A DNA stretch of 64,000 nt, from positions 62,001-126,000 of the forward strand of contig CDROCS010003840.1 of the NCBI GenBank assembly GCA_977020255.1. Direction: 5' to 3'. Source of the DNA: Obrimoposthia wandeli. Taxonomy: Eukaryota. The position numbers and the translations under genes are program-made. This document shows, piece after piece, positions 19,485 to 29,846 of the stretch (within the stretch, counting starts at the first letter, position 1; each line of letters starts with the position of its first letter). The notes beneath the pieces were generated by a model. It saw only the letters and a program-made list of their open reading frames with translations. It was not told the DNA's origin and made no database searches.

Positions 19485-20908
19485 CTCAATACTTCGCCAC
19501 ATGGCCTTGGCAACATTGGGCAGAGGAGCGACCGTCAGCGGTCGCTCTTTCTTTTGGTGCGCAATGTGTCGATGGTGAATGTATTGGCGAGCAACGATTC
19601 AGCTGGGTGGAAATGAGCCATCGCGTTGATGAGTATGCACAAGGCCTAATTGAACAAGGCGTCAAGCGCGATCAAATGGTTGCGGTTGTTGCGCCTAATT
19701 CAATTCAAGTTATATGGCTTATTTTAGCAACGTTACGCATTGGTGCCCGTTATGTTGGGCTAAACCCGAAAAATACAGAAATAGAATTAAATGAACAGCT
19801 TGATCGATTAAAAAATGATTATATTTGGTATCCAGCACGTACCGTTCATCAATTCACAACAGGTAAACGCCTGCACTTATTGCAGCCAGAACAACCGCGT
19901 ATTGTGCCCGTTACTTGGCAACAAACCCGACCAGCAACCCTAACACTGACATCTGGCTCAACCGGAGCACCCAAAGCAGCCGTTCATACAGCCGAAAATC
20001 ATCTTGCCAGTGCCGATGGGTTACTGGAACAGATGGATTTTGGCAGTGATGACAGTTGGTTGTTATCTTTACCGTTGTTTCATATTTCAGGGCTCGCTAT
20101 TGTTTGGCGTTGGTTATACCGCGGTGCCAAGTTGGTGGTTACTGAACCCGCTTGTTTTGAACATGCACTAACGACGGTGACACACGCTTCTCTCGTGCCG
20201 ACGCAACTTCAACGTTTACTCGCCTCGAAGCATGGTGACGGCAATGGCACTTTAGTATTGAAACAAGTGTTATTGGGTGGCGCGGCCATTCCTGTTAGCT
20301 TAACAGATGCCGCTGAACGTATCGGTATTAGCTGCTGGTGTGGTTACGGTATGACAGAGATGAGCTCGACTGTTACAGCAAAAAAAGCAGATGCGAGTGG
20401 GGGCGTCGGTATTGTTTTAGGCAACCGTCACTTTATGATTAAAGACGGTGAAGTGTATGTGCAAGGAACGACCTTATGTTTGGGGTATTATCGTAATAAA
20501 ATGATATTCCCAGCCAGTGACGGAGAATGGTTTGCCACCCGTGATTTAGGCGAATGGCGAGACAATGAACTACACATATTGGGACGAGCTGATAACATGT
20601 TTATTTCTGGTGGCGAGAATATTCAACCAGAAGACATCGAAAAAGTATTAGTGACCCATGCGGCTGTTAAGCAAGCCTTTGTACTGCCAATTGATGATAC
20701 AGAATTTGGGCAACGCCCAGTAGCAATCGTCGAGATTGAGTCAGAATTATCAAGTGATGTTATTGAGTCGCTAGAAAGCTATATGGCAGATCATATTGTG
20801 AGATTTAAGCGCCCAGTTCGTTACCTAGCATTGCCAAAGGAATTAGCGACATCGGGTATTAAAGTGTCACGTAAGCAGTTAAGCGAGTGGCTAGCGCTAC
20901 AGGTTTAA
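19472..20908 (+). CDS. menE: o-succinylbenzoate-CoA ligase
   Basis: TLTSGSTGAPK, GYGMTE, WFATRDLG, GRADNMFISGGENIQPE. Confidence 0.94.
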   Translation: MAEVTQYFATWPWQHWAEERPSAVALSFGAQCVDGECIGEQRFSWVEMSHRVDEYAQGLIEQGVKRDQMVAVVAPNSIQVIWLILATLRIGARYVGLNPKNTEIELNEQLDRLKNDYIWYPARTVHQFTTGKRLHLLQPEQPRIVPVTWQQTRPATLTLTSGSTGAPKAAVHTAENHLASADGLLEQMDFGSDDSWLLSLPLFHISGLAIVWRWLYRGAKLVVTEPACFEHALTTVTHASLVPTQLQRLLASKHGDGNGTLVLKQVLLGGAAIPVSLTDAAERIGISCWCGYGMTEMSSTVTAKKADASGGVGIVLGNRHFMIKDGEVYVQGTTLCLGYYRNKMIFPASDGEWFATRDLGEWRDNELHILGRADNMFISGGENIQPEDIEKVLVTHAAVKQAFVLPIDDTEFGQRPVAIVEIESELSSDVIESLESYMADHIVRFKRPVRYLALPKELATSGIKVSRKQLSEWLALQV

Positions 20909-20927
20909 ATTATTATTATAAAAAAGG

Positions 20928-20969
20928 AAAAAGGGCGATGATCAGTGTTTTTGATCATCGCCCTTTTTT
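20928..20969. terminator. Bidirectional terminator between menE and the MFS gene
   Basis: AAAAAGGGCGATGATCA-GTGTTTT-TGATCATCGCCCTTTTTT. Confidence 0.9.
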
Positions 20970-20984
20970 GTATTATCTCGCTAT

Positions 20985-22865
20985 CTATTGATTATTGCCA
21001 CGTAAGGCAACGATTCGTTCACGCAGTTCAGAGCTATGAATATTGTCTGATGGTGAAATCGGTTCACCTGCCACTACGGTAACTTTTGACCAAAAACGTT
21101 TTGGCATCTTCAATAAAGCGCAGCCTCGTTCACGGCTGAAAAGACTGCCCCATAACCCTTGTAAAGCCACGGGAATCACGGGTACAGAAGACCGCTTAAG
21201 GATGATATCGATGCCACGTAAGAATGGGCCTATTTCACCGTCGTAGGTGAGTTGCCCTTCAGGGAAGATACAAACAATGTCGCCATTGTCTAAATATTGG
21301 GTAACTTGCGAAAAGGCTCTATGCACTGAACGACGATCATTAGGATCAACAGGAACAACCTTGCAAGCTTTACAAAATACCGAGATAAACGGCAGGCTAG
21401 AAATGTCTTTATCCATTAGAAAGCGAATAGGGCGAGGGTAAGCTCCCGCTAATAATAACGCATCCATGTAACTGACATGATTGCAGACAATCAGAGCACC
21501 GCCTTGCAGAGGAATATTCTCTAAATCTTTATGTTTCACTCGATACATGGTGTGTGTAACGAGCCACACCAGAAAGCGCCAGAAAAAATCGGGTACTTGT
21601 ACGTATAAGTAAATAACAACAATAAAGTTAGTGATTGATAGAAACAGAAAGAACTGTGGAATACTAAATTCTAATACTGACAAAAAGACAATCGATAGAA
21701 TGGCACTCGCCACCATGAATAGCGCATTCCAGATATTATTCGCAGCAATGATTTGTGCGCGCTCATCTTCTTTGGCTCGGCTTTGCATCATGGCGTAAAG
21801 AGGCACAATGAACACCCCACCAGAAACACCTAACAGCATTAATGCGATGAAAATATGGAAAAGCTCAGGGTGAGCAATGAACTCAATAAAACTGTTTGAT
21901 ACTGGCACCACATCTGGTGAAGCAAAGAAAAGAATGGCACTGAATAAAGTAATACCAAAACTACCCAGAGGGACAATACCGGGTTCAATTCGGTGGCCAG
22001 ACAGACGGTCACATAATAGTGAGCCTGTAGCTATACCAATTGAAAATAATGCGAGTAAGAAAGAAACAGAAGCCGCGCCACCACCAAGGTGGATTTTAGC
22101 AAAATTAGGGAATTGTGTTAGGTAACATGCCCCTAAAAACCAAAACCAACTAATGCCTAACACACATTGAAAAACGGTTTTGTCTTTCTTGGCTATTGCT
22201 AATGTATGGCGTGTTTGTTTAATCGGTTGCCATTTGAATTCAAGATTAGGGTTGCTCGGTTTTGCTTCGGGTATTTTACGGGACGTGGCATACCCTAAAA
22301 CAGCAAAAGAAACGACACTAATTGCTGCAATTAAGGGAGCATCTTGCTGGTTGGCTATCACGCCAGCTAACAACGTACCCAGTAGAATCGCCAGAAAAGT
22401 ACCAGTCTCGACCAATGCATTACCTGAAACGAGTTCTTCTTTTCTTAAATGTTGGGGTAAAAGTGCATATTTGGCTGGACCAAAAAATGCCGACTGGGTT
22501 CCCATCAAAAATAATAGAATTAGCAGCATCATGTAACTTTCGGTGAGAAAGGCGATAGCCGCTAAAGCCATAATAATAATTTCAGCAAACTTTACGATAC
22601 GCATAATCTGCGCTTTATCGTATTTATCGGCTAATACACCTGCCGAGGCTGAAAAAAGGAAAAAAGGGAGAATGAATAAGCCAGCCGCGAGGTTAATGAT
22701 CAGATCTGAATCGAGGGGTAATGTACCAGGAGCCGAAAATGCAATAAGAATGAGCAAGATATTCTTATAGACATTATCGTTAAAAGCCCCAAGAGCCTGC
22801 GTAAGAAAATAGGGTAGAAACCGCTGCTTAGTTAAAAGGCGCGATTGGGGCTGAACACTCATCAA
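20985..22865 (-). CDS. MFS transporter fused to a 1-acyl-glycerol-3-phosphate acyltransferase domain (LplT/Aas-like)
   Basis: TQALGAFNDNVYK, LADKYDK, FGPAKYALLP MFS motifs; C-terminal PlsC motifs NHVSYMD and FPEG. Confidence 0.88.
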   Translation of the reverse strand: MMSVQPQSRLLTKQRFLPYFLTQALGAFNDNVYKNILLILIAFSAPGTLPLDSDLIINLAAGLFILPFFLFSASAGVLADKYDKAQIMRIVKFAEIIIMALAAIAFLTESYMMLLILLFLMGTQSAFFGPAKYALLPQHLRKEELVSGNALVETGTFLAILLGTLLAGVIANQQDAPLIAAISVVSFAVLGYATSRKIPEAKPSNPNLEFKWQPIKQTRHTLAIAKKDKTVFQCVLGISWFWFLGACYLTQFPNFAKIHLGGGAASVSFLLALFSIGIATGSLLCDRLSGHRIEPGIVPLGSFGITLFSAILFFASPDVVPVSNSFIEFIAHPELFHIFIALMLLGVSGGVFIVPLYAMMQSRAKEDERAQIIAANNIWNALFMVASAILSIVFLSVLEFSIPQFFLFLSITNFIVVIYLYVQVPDFFWRFLVWLVTHTMYRVKHKDLENIPLQGGALIVCNHVSYMDALLLAGAYPRPIRFLMDKDISSLPFISVFCKACKVVPVDPNDRRSVHRAFSQVTQYLDNGDIVCIFPEGQLTYDGEIGPFLRGIDIILKRSSVPVIPVALQGLWGSLFSRERGCALLKMPKRFWSKVTVVAGEPISPSDNIHSSELRERIVALRGNNQ

Positions 22866-22874
22866 ATACTCCGC

Positions 22875-23471
22875 TTATGCGTGCCAAGCGTTTAAATAGG
22901 TGTTTAATAAGTTGTCTATTAGTGCTTTAGCGTCAACCGGAACGGAAGTAAATAATTTGTCATCAACACTTAATAACGTAATACCATGAACACCCGCCCA
23001 TAAAACGCGGCTTGCTTCTAAGATATCGGCATCCGATTTCTGAGGCGTGATTTGATGAATTAAGGTTTCAAGCATACTTGTCATGCTATTAATTCGTTCA
23101 GATTGCCATTCAGGAAGTTCATCGCCATTCATAGTGTGTTGGAATATTAACTGCCAGCGGTAAGGGTGAGCAGCGGCAAATTCTTGATAGCAATAAGCGA
23201 GTTTACGCAGTGCATCTTCAGGTGAAGTTGCAGAGTTCATCTGCGCTTCGGCTTCTGCGAATAACTCATCAAGCGTTTGTGCTACAGCATGAAGCAGTAG
23301 TAGGTTGTAGTTACCAAATACATTTACTAATGTGCTTGGTACATAGCCGATCATGCCTGCTACTTTTCGTAAACTTAGTTCGTGATGTGGGTGTTCGTTT
23401 AAAAAATTCTTCACTTGCTCTAGTGTCATGCTTACCAACTCTTCGCGAGTGTGGTCATTTCGTCTTGCCAT
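22875..23471 (-). CDS. TetR/AcrR-family regulator (WHG-type C-terminal domain)
   Basis: HTH LSLRKVAGMIGYVPSTLVNVF; HPYRWQLIF and LWAGVHG; 9 bp upstream of the MFS gene. Confidence 0.9.
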   Translation of the reverse strand: MARRNDHTREELVSMTLEQVKNFLNEHPHHELSLRKVAGMIGYVPSTLVNVFGNYNLLLLHAVAQTLDELFAEAEAQMNSATSPEDALRKLAYCYQEFAAAHPYRWQLIFQHTMNGDELPEWQSERINSMTSMLETLIHQITPQKSDADILEASRVLWAGVHGITLLSVDDKLFTSVPVDAKALIDNLLNTYLNAWHA

Positions 23472-23714
23472 TGAATAGTACTCTTAATGATTTATTTTTT
23501 TTATTCTTATAAATGAAATTAAAGGCAACGATAGTCATCGTTATACGAGCGGTTTAATTATAGAACGATGTTCGATATTCTAGTTGTTCACTTGTGATAT
23601 GGTCAAGTATTTAGCCGTATCTCAGTGTGAATAAAGGTATAGATGTGATATCACTCTCACTTGGAGCGGTATCACAAATATAGATTAATAATAAAACATA
23701 ATTTTATTGAATGC

Positions 23715-24110
23715 TTATGCGGCACGCTCAGAGTTCTTAACTGAAATCTGATCGTTCAACGTCCAGAAATCGACAAGAATACCGATTAAAAAGAAACCAA
23801 ATGTGCATAAATATAGAATGCCAGTCAGCCATTTACCCATATACATTCGATGAAGACCAAATACACCTAAAAACGTTAATAACAGCCATCCGACGGTATA
23901 ATCAATGTCGCCTGCTTGAAAGCGAAAATCCGCTTCGCGATCCATCGCGGGAATTAAAAATAAATCGATCAACCAGCCTATCCCGCACAAACCTAATGTT
24001 AAGAACCAAATTGTGCCAGTAACAGGTTTGCCATAGTAAAATCGGTGAGCACCTGTGAAGCCGAAAATCCATAATAAATAGCCAATTAACTTACTATGAG
24101 TGTCTTGCAT
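23715..24110 (-). CDS. TM2/NINE-domain membrane protein (two TM2 repeats)
   Basis: GFTGAHRFYYGK...GWLIDLFLIP and GVFGLHRMYMGK...VDFWTL. Confidence 0.85.
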   Translation of the reverse strand: MQDTHSKLIGYLLWIFGFTGAHRFYYGKPVTGTIWFLTLGLCGIGWLIDLFLIPAMDREADFRFQAGDIDYTVGWLLLTFLGVFGLHRMYMGKWLTGILYLCTFGFFLIGILVDFWTLNDQISVKNSERAA

Positions 24111-24355
24111 AAAAAGCCCTGCTTGTTGGTATTGTTTAAAGAGATTACGTTAAATTTCACAGACTTGTTAGATTTATGATTTGACAAGAATACGTGATAA
24201 AAGTGCCATTATGAATAATGATGGGTCAAAAAGTATATTATTCAATCATTTTAATATATTCATCATCATTAGTAACAATTTGCATATGAGGATTGATTGA
24301 CTTTCTAAGGTATACAGATAGGATGCAATCAGAACATGGCAAAGGTAATAATAAT

Positions 24356-25225
24356 ATGAAACGCTTCTTTACTCTGTTTGCTTTGATCGTGGCGGTGTCG
24401 TTTTCGGCTCCTCATGCAGAAGCAAAGAAATTTGGTGGTGGTAAATCGTTTGGTAAAAGCTTTAAAACAGCGCCAGCGAAACAGCAACAGCCACAACAAA
24501 CGAATACAATTAATAAACAAAATCCAACGGCTGCACAATCAGGCAAAAAAGGTCTGATGGGTGGTTTGATGGGCGGATTGCTGGCTGGTGGTCTACTTGC
24601 TGCATTCTTTGGTGGTGCGTTTGACGGCATTCAATTCATGGATATTCTTATCTTTGGTCTGATTGCATTTGTCATCTTCAAGCTATTCAATACAATGCGT
24701 GGCGCAAAAGGTACACCAACAGGTCACCGTGAAGCGTATGCCGGGAATTCTCCGCAACAGCAGAATAATACTCAGCAGCGTCAACAAGCGCCTGAAATGA
24801 ATGCAGCGCCTCAGCAAGCTGGTTATGCATCAACAGATAGCGATGTGCCATTTAACTTACCACCTAATTTCAATATGAATGCGTTCTTGAGCGGTGCTCG
24901 TGATCACTATCGTATTTTGCAAGGTGCATGGAACCACAACGAACTTGATAAAATTCGTGAGTACGTTTCACCCGCTTTATTAGCTGATCTAACGGCAGAG
25001 CGTGCAAAACTTGAAGGTGAGCAGCATACAGAAGTGATGTATGTTGATACTGAAATGGTACGTGCTGATTTTGATGCGAACTTAGCGCAGCTAAGTATTC
25101 AATTCTCTGGTCGCTATAAAGATCGTAACGAAGAGCACGAAGCTGACATCACCGATGTTTGGCATTTAGAGCGTGATTTACGTACGCCAAATGCACCTTG
25201 GTTAATTGTTGGTATTCAAGCCTAA
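24356..25225 (+). CDS. Tim44-domain protein
   Basis: Signal peptide, AEAKKFGGGKSFG, Gly-rich TM region, C-terminal GARDHYRILQGAW...DVWHLER...WLIVGIQ. Confidence 0.88.
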   Translation: MKRFFTLFALIVAVSFSAPHAEAKKFGGGKSFGKSFKTAPAKQQQPQQTNTINKQNPTAAQSGKKGLMGGLMGGLLAGGLLAAFFGGAFDGIQFMDILIFGLIAFVIFKLFNTMRGAKGTPTGHREAYAGNSPQQQNNTQQRQQAPEMNAAPQQAGYASTDSDVPFNLPPNFNMNAFLSGARDHYRILQGAWNHNELDKIREYVSPALLADLTAERAKLEGEQHTEVMYVDTEMVRADFDANLAQLSIQFSGRYKDRNEEHEADITDVWHLERDLRTPNAPWLIVGIQA

Positions 25226-25251
25226 CTGTTTCATTATGTAACAGCATAAAT

Positions 25252-25280
25252 AAAAGCCGCTTTAAACGAGCGGCTTTTTT
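25252..25280 (+). terminator. Intrinsic terminator after the Tim44 gene
   Basis: AAAAGCCGCT-TTAAACG-AGCGGCTTTTTT. Confidence 0.85.
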
Positions 25281-25768
25281 GTGCCTGTAATTGTCCCGTC
25301 CTGAGATAATTAATGGAATTGGGATAAATTGACACTATTGAGTACTGCATTTTTATCTTCTTTGTTCAAAGAGGTACTTATCCAAATTGGTACTAGGGGG
25401 GGCATATAAGAAAACAGTAAAATGTATTGAAGCACTCTTTTTACGTATCACGAGAGTATGATGAACAGATAGTCATCGTGTTTAAAAAAGCAGAGTCAGT
25501 AACTTTGAGTAGATGATTGAATTTATAGTTATGCGCATTGCGCATTTGTCATAAACAGGAGTGTTGGCATAGTGAGCGGGAGGATAATGAATACGAAGGG
25601 TATAAATATCCAAATATTTGAACTAGGTCGCGATATCTGCTTTAAAGGTTTCCAGAGATTGATCTCTACACCTACTTTTATTCATATCAGGCGCTATTAT
25701 TAAGCAAGTTGGTATTTAAACAAAACAGACCAAGTCTCGATTGGTAGTAAAATTATATAGAGGTGACT

Positions 25769-26014
25769 ATGCCATATACTGCAGAACTTGTTGATGAAAT
25801 GAACCTTCTTGTTAGGTTTCCAATGCACAGCGATTTGGAAGGAATCAAGGTCCGCGGTGATGCTGCGCCTGAAATGGTAGCAGCAGCAAAACGTTTGTTT
25901 ACTAAAGGTTTAGTAACGCAAGAAGATGGAGGTTATTTAACATTCTCTGGCCATCAAGCCGTAGAGCATGCTAAATCAACTATTCGTATTTTAACGGGTA
26001 CCGTAGCCGTTTAA
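25769..26014 (+). CDS. TIGR02647-family small protein
   Basis: ELVDEMNLLVRFP...GIKV...AAKRLFTKGLVTQEDGGYLT..G; GAGG SD before the ATG. Confidence 0.78.
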   Translation: MPYTAELVDEMNLLVRFPMHSDLEGIKVRGDAAPEMVAAAKRLFTKGLVTQEDGGYLTFSGHQAVEHAKSTIRILTGTVAV

Positions 26015-26045
26015 CACATCACAACAATTAGAGCATAACTTGTAA

Positions 26046-26294
26046 TTAGGTTATGTTTTCTAGTTCCGTAATAATAGCTAAAGCTTGCTCGTTTGATGTA
26101 CTACATATATCAGGGCAAGCTTTAAAATTATGGCACACCGCTGGCCGTTCTGGCTGACCAAAAATTTTGCAAAGATTCTTCTCGTTTAGCTGAATGCAGC
26201 GAACACCTGCTGGCTTACCATTTGGCATGCCAGGAATAGCAGAAGAGATACTCGGTGCAATACAACAAGCACCACAACTTAAGCGACATTCCAT
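26046..26294 (-). CDS. YkgJ/YeiW-family cysteine-cluster protein
   Basis: MECRLSCGACCIAPSISSAIPGMPNGKPAGVRC...C...RPAVC...C. Confidence 0.88.
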   Translation of the reverse strand: MECRLSCGACCIAPSISSAIPGMPNGKPAGVRCIQLNEKNLCKIFGQPERPAVCHNFKACPDICSTSNEQALAIITELENIT

Positions 26295-26474
26295 CTCATA
26301 TCCTATACTTCACGAAGATGTATCGTTGGGTTTTACAACCAATCACGACATTTACAAAAGGTTGCGCAAGTTACCACTCATCGTTCTCGGGGTCAAAATT
26401 TCATGCTTTTTAATGGTGTAAATACTAATGCCTCTTATTACAGCTATTCTTCAGACTTAATCCGTAGTATTCGC

Positions 26475-26503
26475 TTGCACTTTAATCATTAGACAGCTAT
26501 AAA
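26475..26503 (+). promoter_or_regulatory. Sigma-70 promoter of ycgN
   Basis: TTGCAC-17 nt-TATAAA. Confidence 0.55.
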
Positions 26504-26538
26504 ACCGCCTCCTTAGCTATATAGGCTAGGGTTAGGTA

Positions 26539-26991
26539 ATGAATAGGTTGGATAGTATGGTACGTTTTTGGGAAGATAAAGAATTAGCAATAATGACAGA
26601 TCAAGAGTGGGAATCTCTCTGTGATGGTTGTGGTAAGTGCTGTTTGCATAAATTAATTGATGATGCGACAGATGATATTTATTTTACCAATGTTGCGTGC
26701 AGCTTACTGGATAACAATACCTGTTCTTGCAAAGACTATCAGAACCGTTTTGAGTCTGGTGAAGAGTGTTTAAAGCTAACACGTGAGCGTATCGACGAGT
26801 TTGTTTGGCTGCCAGAAACGTGTGCCTACCGTTTGCTTGCGGAAGGTAAACCATTACCTGAGTGGCACCCTTTAATTACAGGCTCTAAAGTAGCGATGCA
26901 TAAAGCGGGTGAATCGGTGAAAGATCAAGTTGTCTATGAAATTGACGTCATCGATTGGGAAGATCACATTACCAATCACCCGAACCGTTAA
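26539..26991 (+). CDS. ycgN: YcgN-family cysteine-cluster protein (UPF0260)
   Basis: FWEDK...[33 protein letters not shown]. Confidence 0.92.
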   Translation: MNRLDSMVRFWEDKELAIMTDQEWESLCDGCGKCCLHKLIDDATDDIYFTNVACSLLDNNTCSCKDYQNRFESGEECLKLTRERIDEFVWLPETCAYRLLAEGKPLPEWHPLITGSKVAMHKAGESVKDQVVYEIDVIDWEDHITNHPNR

Positions 26992-27011
26992 TCACGTTAT
27001 CGAATTCTAAT

Positions 27012-27061
27012 AAAACCCCGGCAATGATGACTGATTATAAGTCACGCATTGCCGGGGTTTT
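27012..27061. terminator. Extended bidirectional hairpin between ycgN and dusC
   Basis: AAAACCCCGGCAATG...CATTGCCGGGGTTTT (15 bp) with an inner TGAC/GTCA stem. Confidence 0.85.
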
Positions 27062-27115
27062 GTGTATCTAATACCAAGAGAAAGTCTTACAGATTAAGAA
27101 CGGGTGCTTTCGTCA

Positions 27116-28075
27116 CTATAAGGCTTGAGTATGTGCTAATGCCTGAGCTCGTTGCAGAATTTCAACAATGGGCGTTGCTTTATTTAAACTGCGAATGTCG
27201 ACAAATAAGTCTTTAGCCTCGGGATACTCATGACGCAGGTAGGCAAACCATTGTTTAACGCGGTTAGGGTAGTAGAGCCCTTTATCACCTTTGATTTCAA
27301 ATTCAGAAAACTTAAGTAATAGCTGAATAACCTGGCTCCAGGGCATATGTGCTTCATTGCGTTTTATGACATTACACAGGTTGGGTAAGTTGAGCGCACC
27401 GCGGCAGATCATCAATGCATCTGTTTGGGTAACGTTTAAACATGCTTGTCCGTCTTGGTAGTTCCAGACTTCACCATTAGCAATAATGGGAATAGAACTC
27501 TTTTCTTTTACTTGACGGATGTAGTCCCACTTTATTGTTTCGGCTTTATAGCCATCGACTTTAGTACGGGCATGAATAGCAATTTCATCACCGCCAGCCT
27601 GTGCGACGGCATCGACAATTTCAAAGCAGTGGGTTGGGTCATCCCAGCCTAAACGGACTTTTGCCGTTACAGGTTTGGTTGGGCAAACAGCATTGCGCAC
27701 TTCTTTGACTATTTGGTAAATCTTTTCGGGTTCTTTAAGCAGTACAGCACCCCCGCGATTCTTATTTACCGACTTTGCTGGGCAACCAAAATTAATATCA
27801 ATACCCGCAGAGCCAAGATTACTGGCACGGTGTGCATTTTCAGCCATCCATACAGGCTCTTGACCTAATAGTTGAACACGCACAGGTGTACCTGACATCG
27901 TTTTTCCACCGTGATAAAGCTCTGGACACAGGCGATAAAAAACACTAGCGGGTAATAAGCTATCAATAATTCGAACGAACTCTGTGACGCAAAGATCGTA
28001 ATCATTGATGTTTGTTAGCATCTCTCGCATTAAAGGGTCTAAGACACCTTCCATTGGACCTAAAATTACTCGCAT
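27116..28075 (-). CDS. dusC: tRNA-dihydrouridine(16) synthase
   Basis: MRVILGPMEGVLD, DLCVTEF, PVRVQLLGQ, DINFGCP, HARTKVDGY, IANGEVW. Confidence 0.95.
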   Translation of the reverse strand: MRVILGPMEGVLDPLMREMLTNINDYDLCVTEFVRIIDSLLPASVFYRLCPELYHGGKTMSGTPVRVQLLGQEPVWMAENAHRASNLGSAGIDINFGCPAKSVNKNRGGAVLLKEPEKIYQIVKEVRNAVCPTKPVTAKVRLGWDDPTHCFEIVDAVAQAGGDEIAIHARTKVDGYKAETIKWDYIRQVKEKSSIPIIANGEVWNYQDGQACLNVTQTDALMICRGALNLPNLCNVIKRNEAHMPWSQVIQLLLKFSEFEIKGDKGLYYPNRVKQWFAYLRHEYPEAKDLFVDIRSLNKATPIVEILQRAQALAHTQAL

Positions 28076-28165
28076 ATCACCCGTGGCTTTATCTGTGTGG
28101 CTACAAAAAGTGTAAGGTGCGAGATTTTAGTGCCCAAAGGCGTGCTTGTCATCTAATCTTATGCG

Positions 28166-28879
28166 TTAAGCTGATTTATTCTTATCGTTCTTGTGTGATG
28201 ATTTTTTTCTTATTAATTCTTTCCCTGATATTACCCGTGTTTTTTTGCTATCGGTATACTCAGGTTTCAAACTTAGGGTAAGCATGTTGCGGGCAACATC
28301 TTCAGCAGGAATGGGTTCTAAATTACCAAGAGGCCCCATCATTAGAGGGTGGATGATTTCAAATAAACGTTGAACAACTATTTCATCTTTACGAGGCTTA
28401 GAGCGTTCGCCCGTTAATGGGCCGGGTCGAACGAATGTGCAGCGAGAAAAGTCCATCTTGCTTAATGCTCGCTCCATCTTGCCCTTACAGCGTAAATAGT
28501 GAGATGGCGACCACGGGTGAGCCCCAAAACTTGATACAACCGTAATGTTTCTTACACCGAGCAAATGCATCGTATTAGCCACATCTTTGACTAATTGATA
28601 GTCGATAGCCTCTAAGGCTGCGCTGCTGCCAGCTTGCTTCTTCGTCGTGCCTAGGCAGATGTAACCGTGTGTTGGCGTATGATCTGTCTCATCCCATGTT
28701 GTTACCCGCAGTTCTGGGTGAACAATTTGCGAAAGCTTTTTACTGTGAAAAGGCAGTTCACGGCGTGACAAAGAATAAACGATATTAAAATGCTCGCTGG
28801 CCAGTAATTGATGAAGAAGTTCGTCACCTACTAACCCACTAGCACCCGCAATAATCGCACTCGTTTTTTCTTGACGCAT
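28166..28879 (-). CDS. NAD(P)H-binding short-chain oxidoreductase (YraR-like)
   Basis: AGASGLVG, CLGTT, VSSFGA, YLRCKGKME, RPGPLTG. Confidence 0.85.
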   Translation of the reverse strand: MRQEKTSAIIAGASGLVGDELLHQLLASEHFNIVYSLSRRELPFHSKKLSQIVHPELRVTTWDETDHTPTHGYICLGTTKKQAGSSAALEAIDYQLVKDVANTMHLLGVRNITVVSSFGAHPWSPSHYLRCKGKMERALSKMDFSRCTFVRPGPLTGERSKPRKDEIVVQRLFEIIHPLMMGPLGNLEPIPAEDVARNMLTLSLKPEYTDSKKTRVISGKELIRKKSSHKNDKNKSA

Positions 28880-29198
28880 TATGTTGTCCCTAACTACCAA
28901 AAAGAAAGACGTATGAAGTCATGTGGATATATATATATCCCCAAGTTACCTCAAGATGCTCGTTTCAGCGAGAATAAAACCAGTTTTGCCTTTATCTTCA
29001 TTAAATATCAACACTATTTATTTAGAATTGCTGTGTTGGTTGAAGATAAAGTTTAGTTACACGCTTTGATTTAACTATTCGTTAACGTTTGTGATGGAAT
29101 TATTAACGCAGAGATTGCTGTCCAGCACCTCGCATCCTTAGGTTGTTGAGGTATAATCGGGCTATATTGAGAACCGTACGATAGAACCGGAAAATAAA

Positions 29199-29846
29199 AT
29201 GACAGACTTAATGACACTGCCTGCTGATTGGGAAGGCATGCCAGCCGCATTCATCGAAGGCGCATTATTGGCAGCGAATGCAAACCCAAAGCCATTAGTT
29301 CCAGAAGCATGGTTACCAGTACTTATTAATGGTGGTGTGGTTGAAGATGCTCAGAAAGATGTGACCGATGAACAGAAAAAGACAATTCTCAGTCACTTTC
29401 AAATGCAGTATCAGTACATCAAAGCGGGTGAATACGAATTACCTGAAAGTGTTACGTGGAATGCCGAAACCGGCGCGAGTGAATCTTTAGGGCATTTCGC
29501 TGAAGGTTTCTTAAGTGTATGGCCTCAAATCGAACCTAATTGGGCCGATCAAGCTATTTCAGATGGCACGATGCGTATGTTATCTGCGCTTATTACAACG
29601 ATGATGTTGCTGCTTGATGAAGAAGACACATTAGCGCAAATGAAAGAGGCTGGAATGACAAGCCTACCAGCTCCGAGCGATCTTTACCCTCAGGTATCAT
29701 TGATGATTGGTGAAGTGGTAATGGCTGCTGATGAAATGCAGCAAGGTGCGGGTGCGCAAGCGGTAAATCCCTATAAAGAAACAGGTCGTAATGATGCTTG
29801 TTTATGTAATAGCGGTAAAAAATTCAAGCAATGTTGTGGTAAGTAA
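29199..29846 (+). CDS. YecA/UPF0149-family protein with C-terminal SEC-C metal-binding motif
   Basis: FIEGALLA...EAWLPVL; C-terminus GRNDACLCNSGKKFKQCCG. Confidence 0.85.
   Translation: MTDLMTLPADWEGMPAAFIEGALLAANANPKPLVPEAWLPVLINGGVVEDAQKDVTDEQKKTILSHFQMQYQYIKAGEYELPESVTWNAETGASESLGHFAEGFLSVWPQIEPNWADQAISDGTMRMLSALITTMMLLLDEEDTLAQMKEAGMTSLPAPSDLYPQVSLMIGEVVMAADEMQQGAGAQAVNPYKETGRNDACLCNSGKKFKQCCGK

Noticed and set aside
18824-19516. 230-aa minus-strand ORF
   Set aside because: Entirely antisense to menC/menE; shadow ORF with no recognisable motifs.
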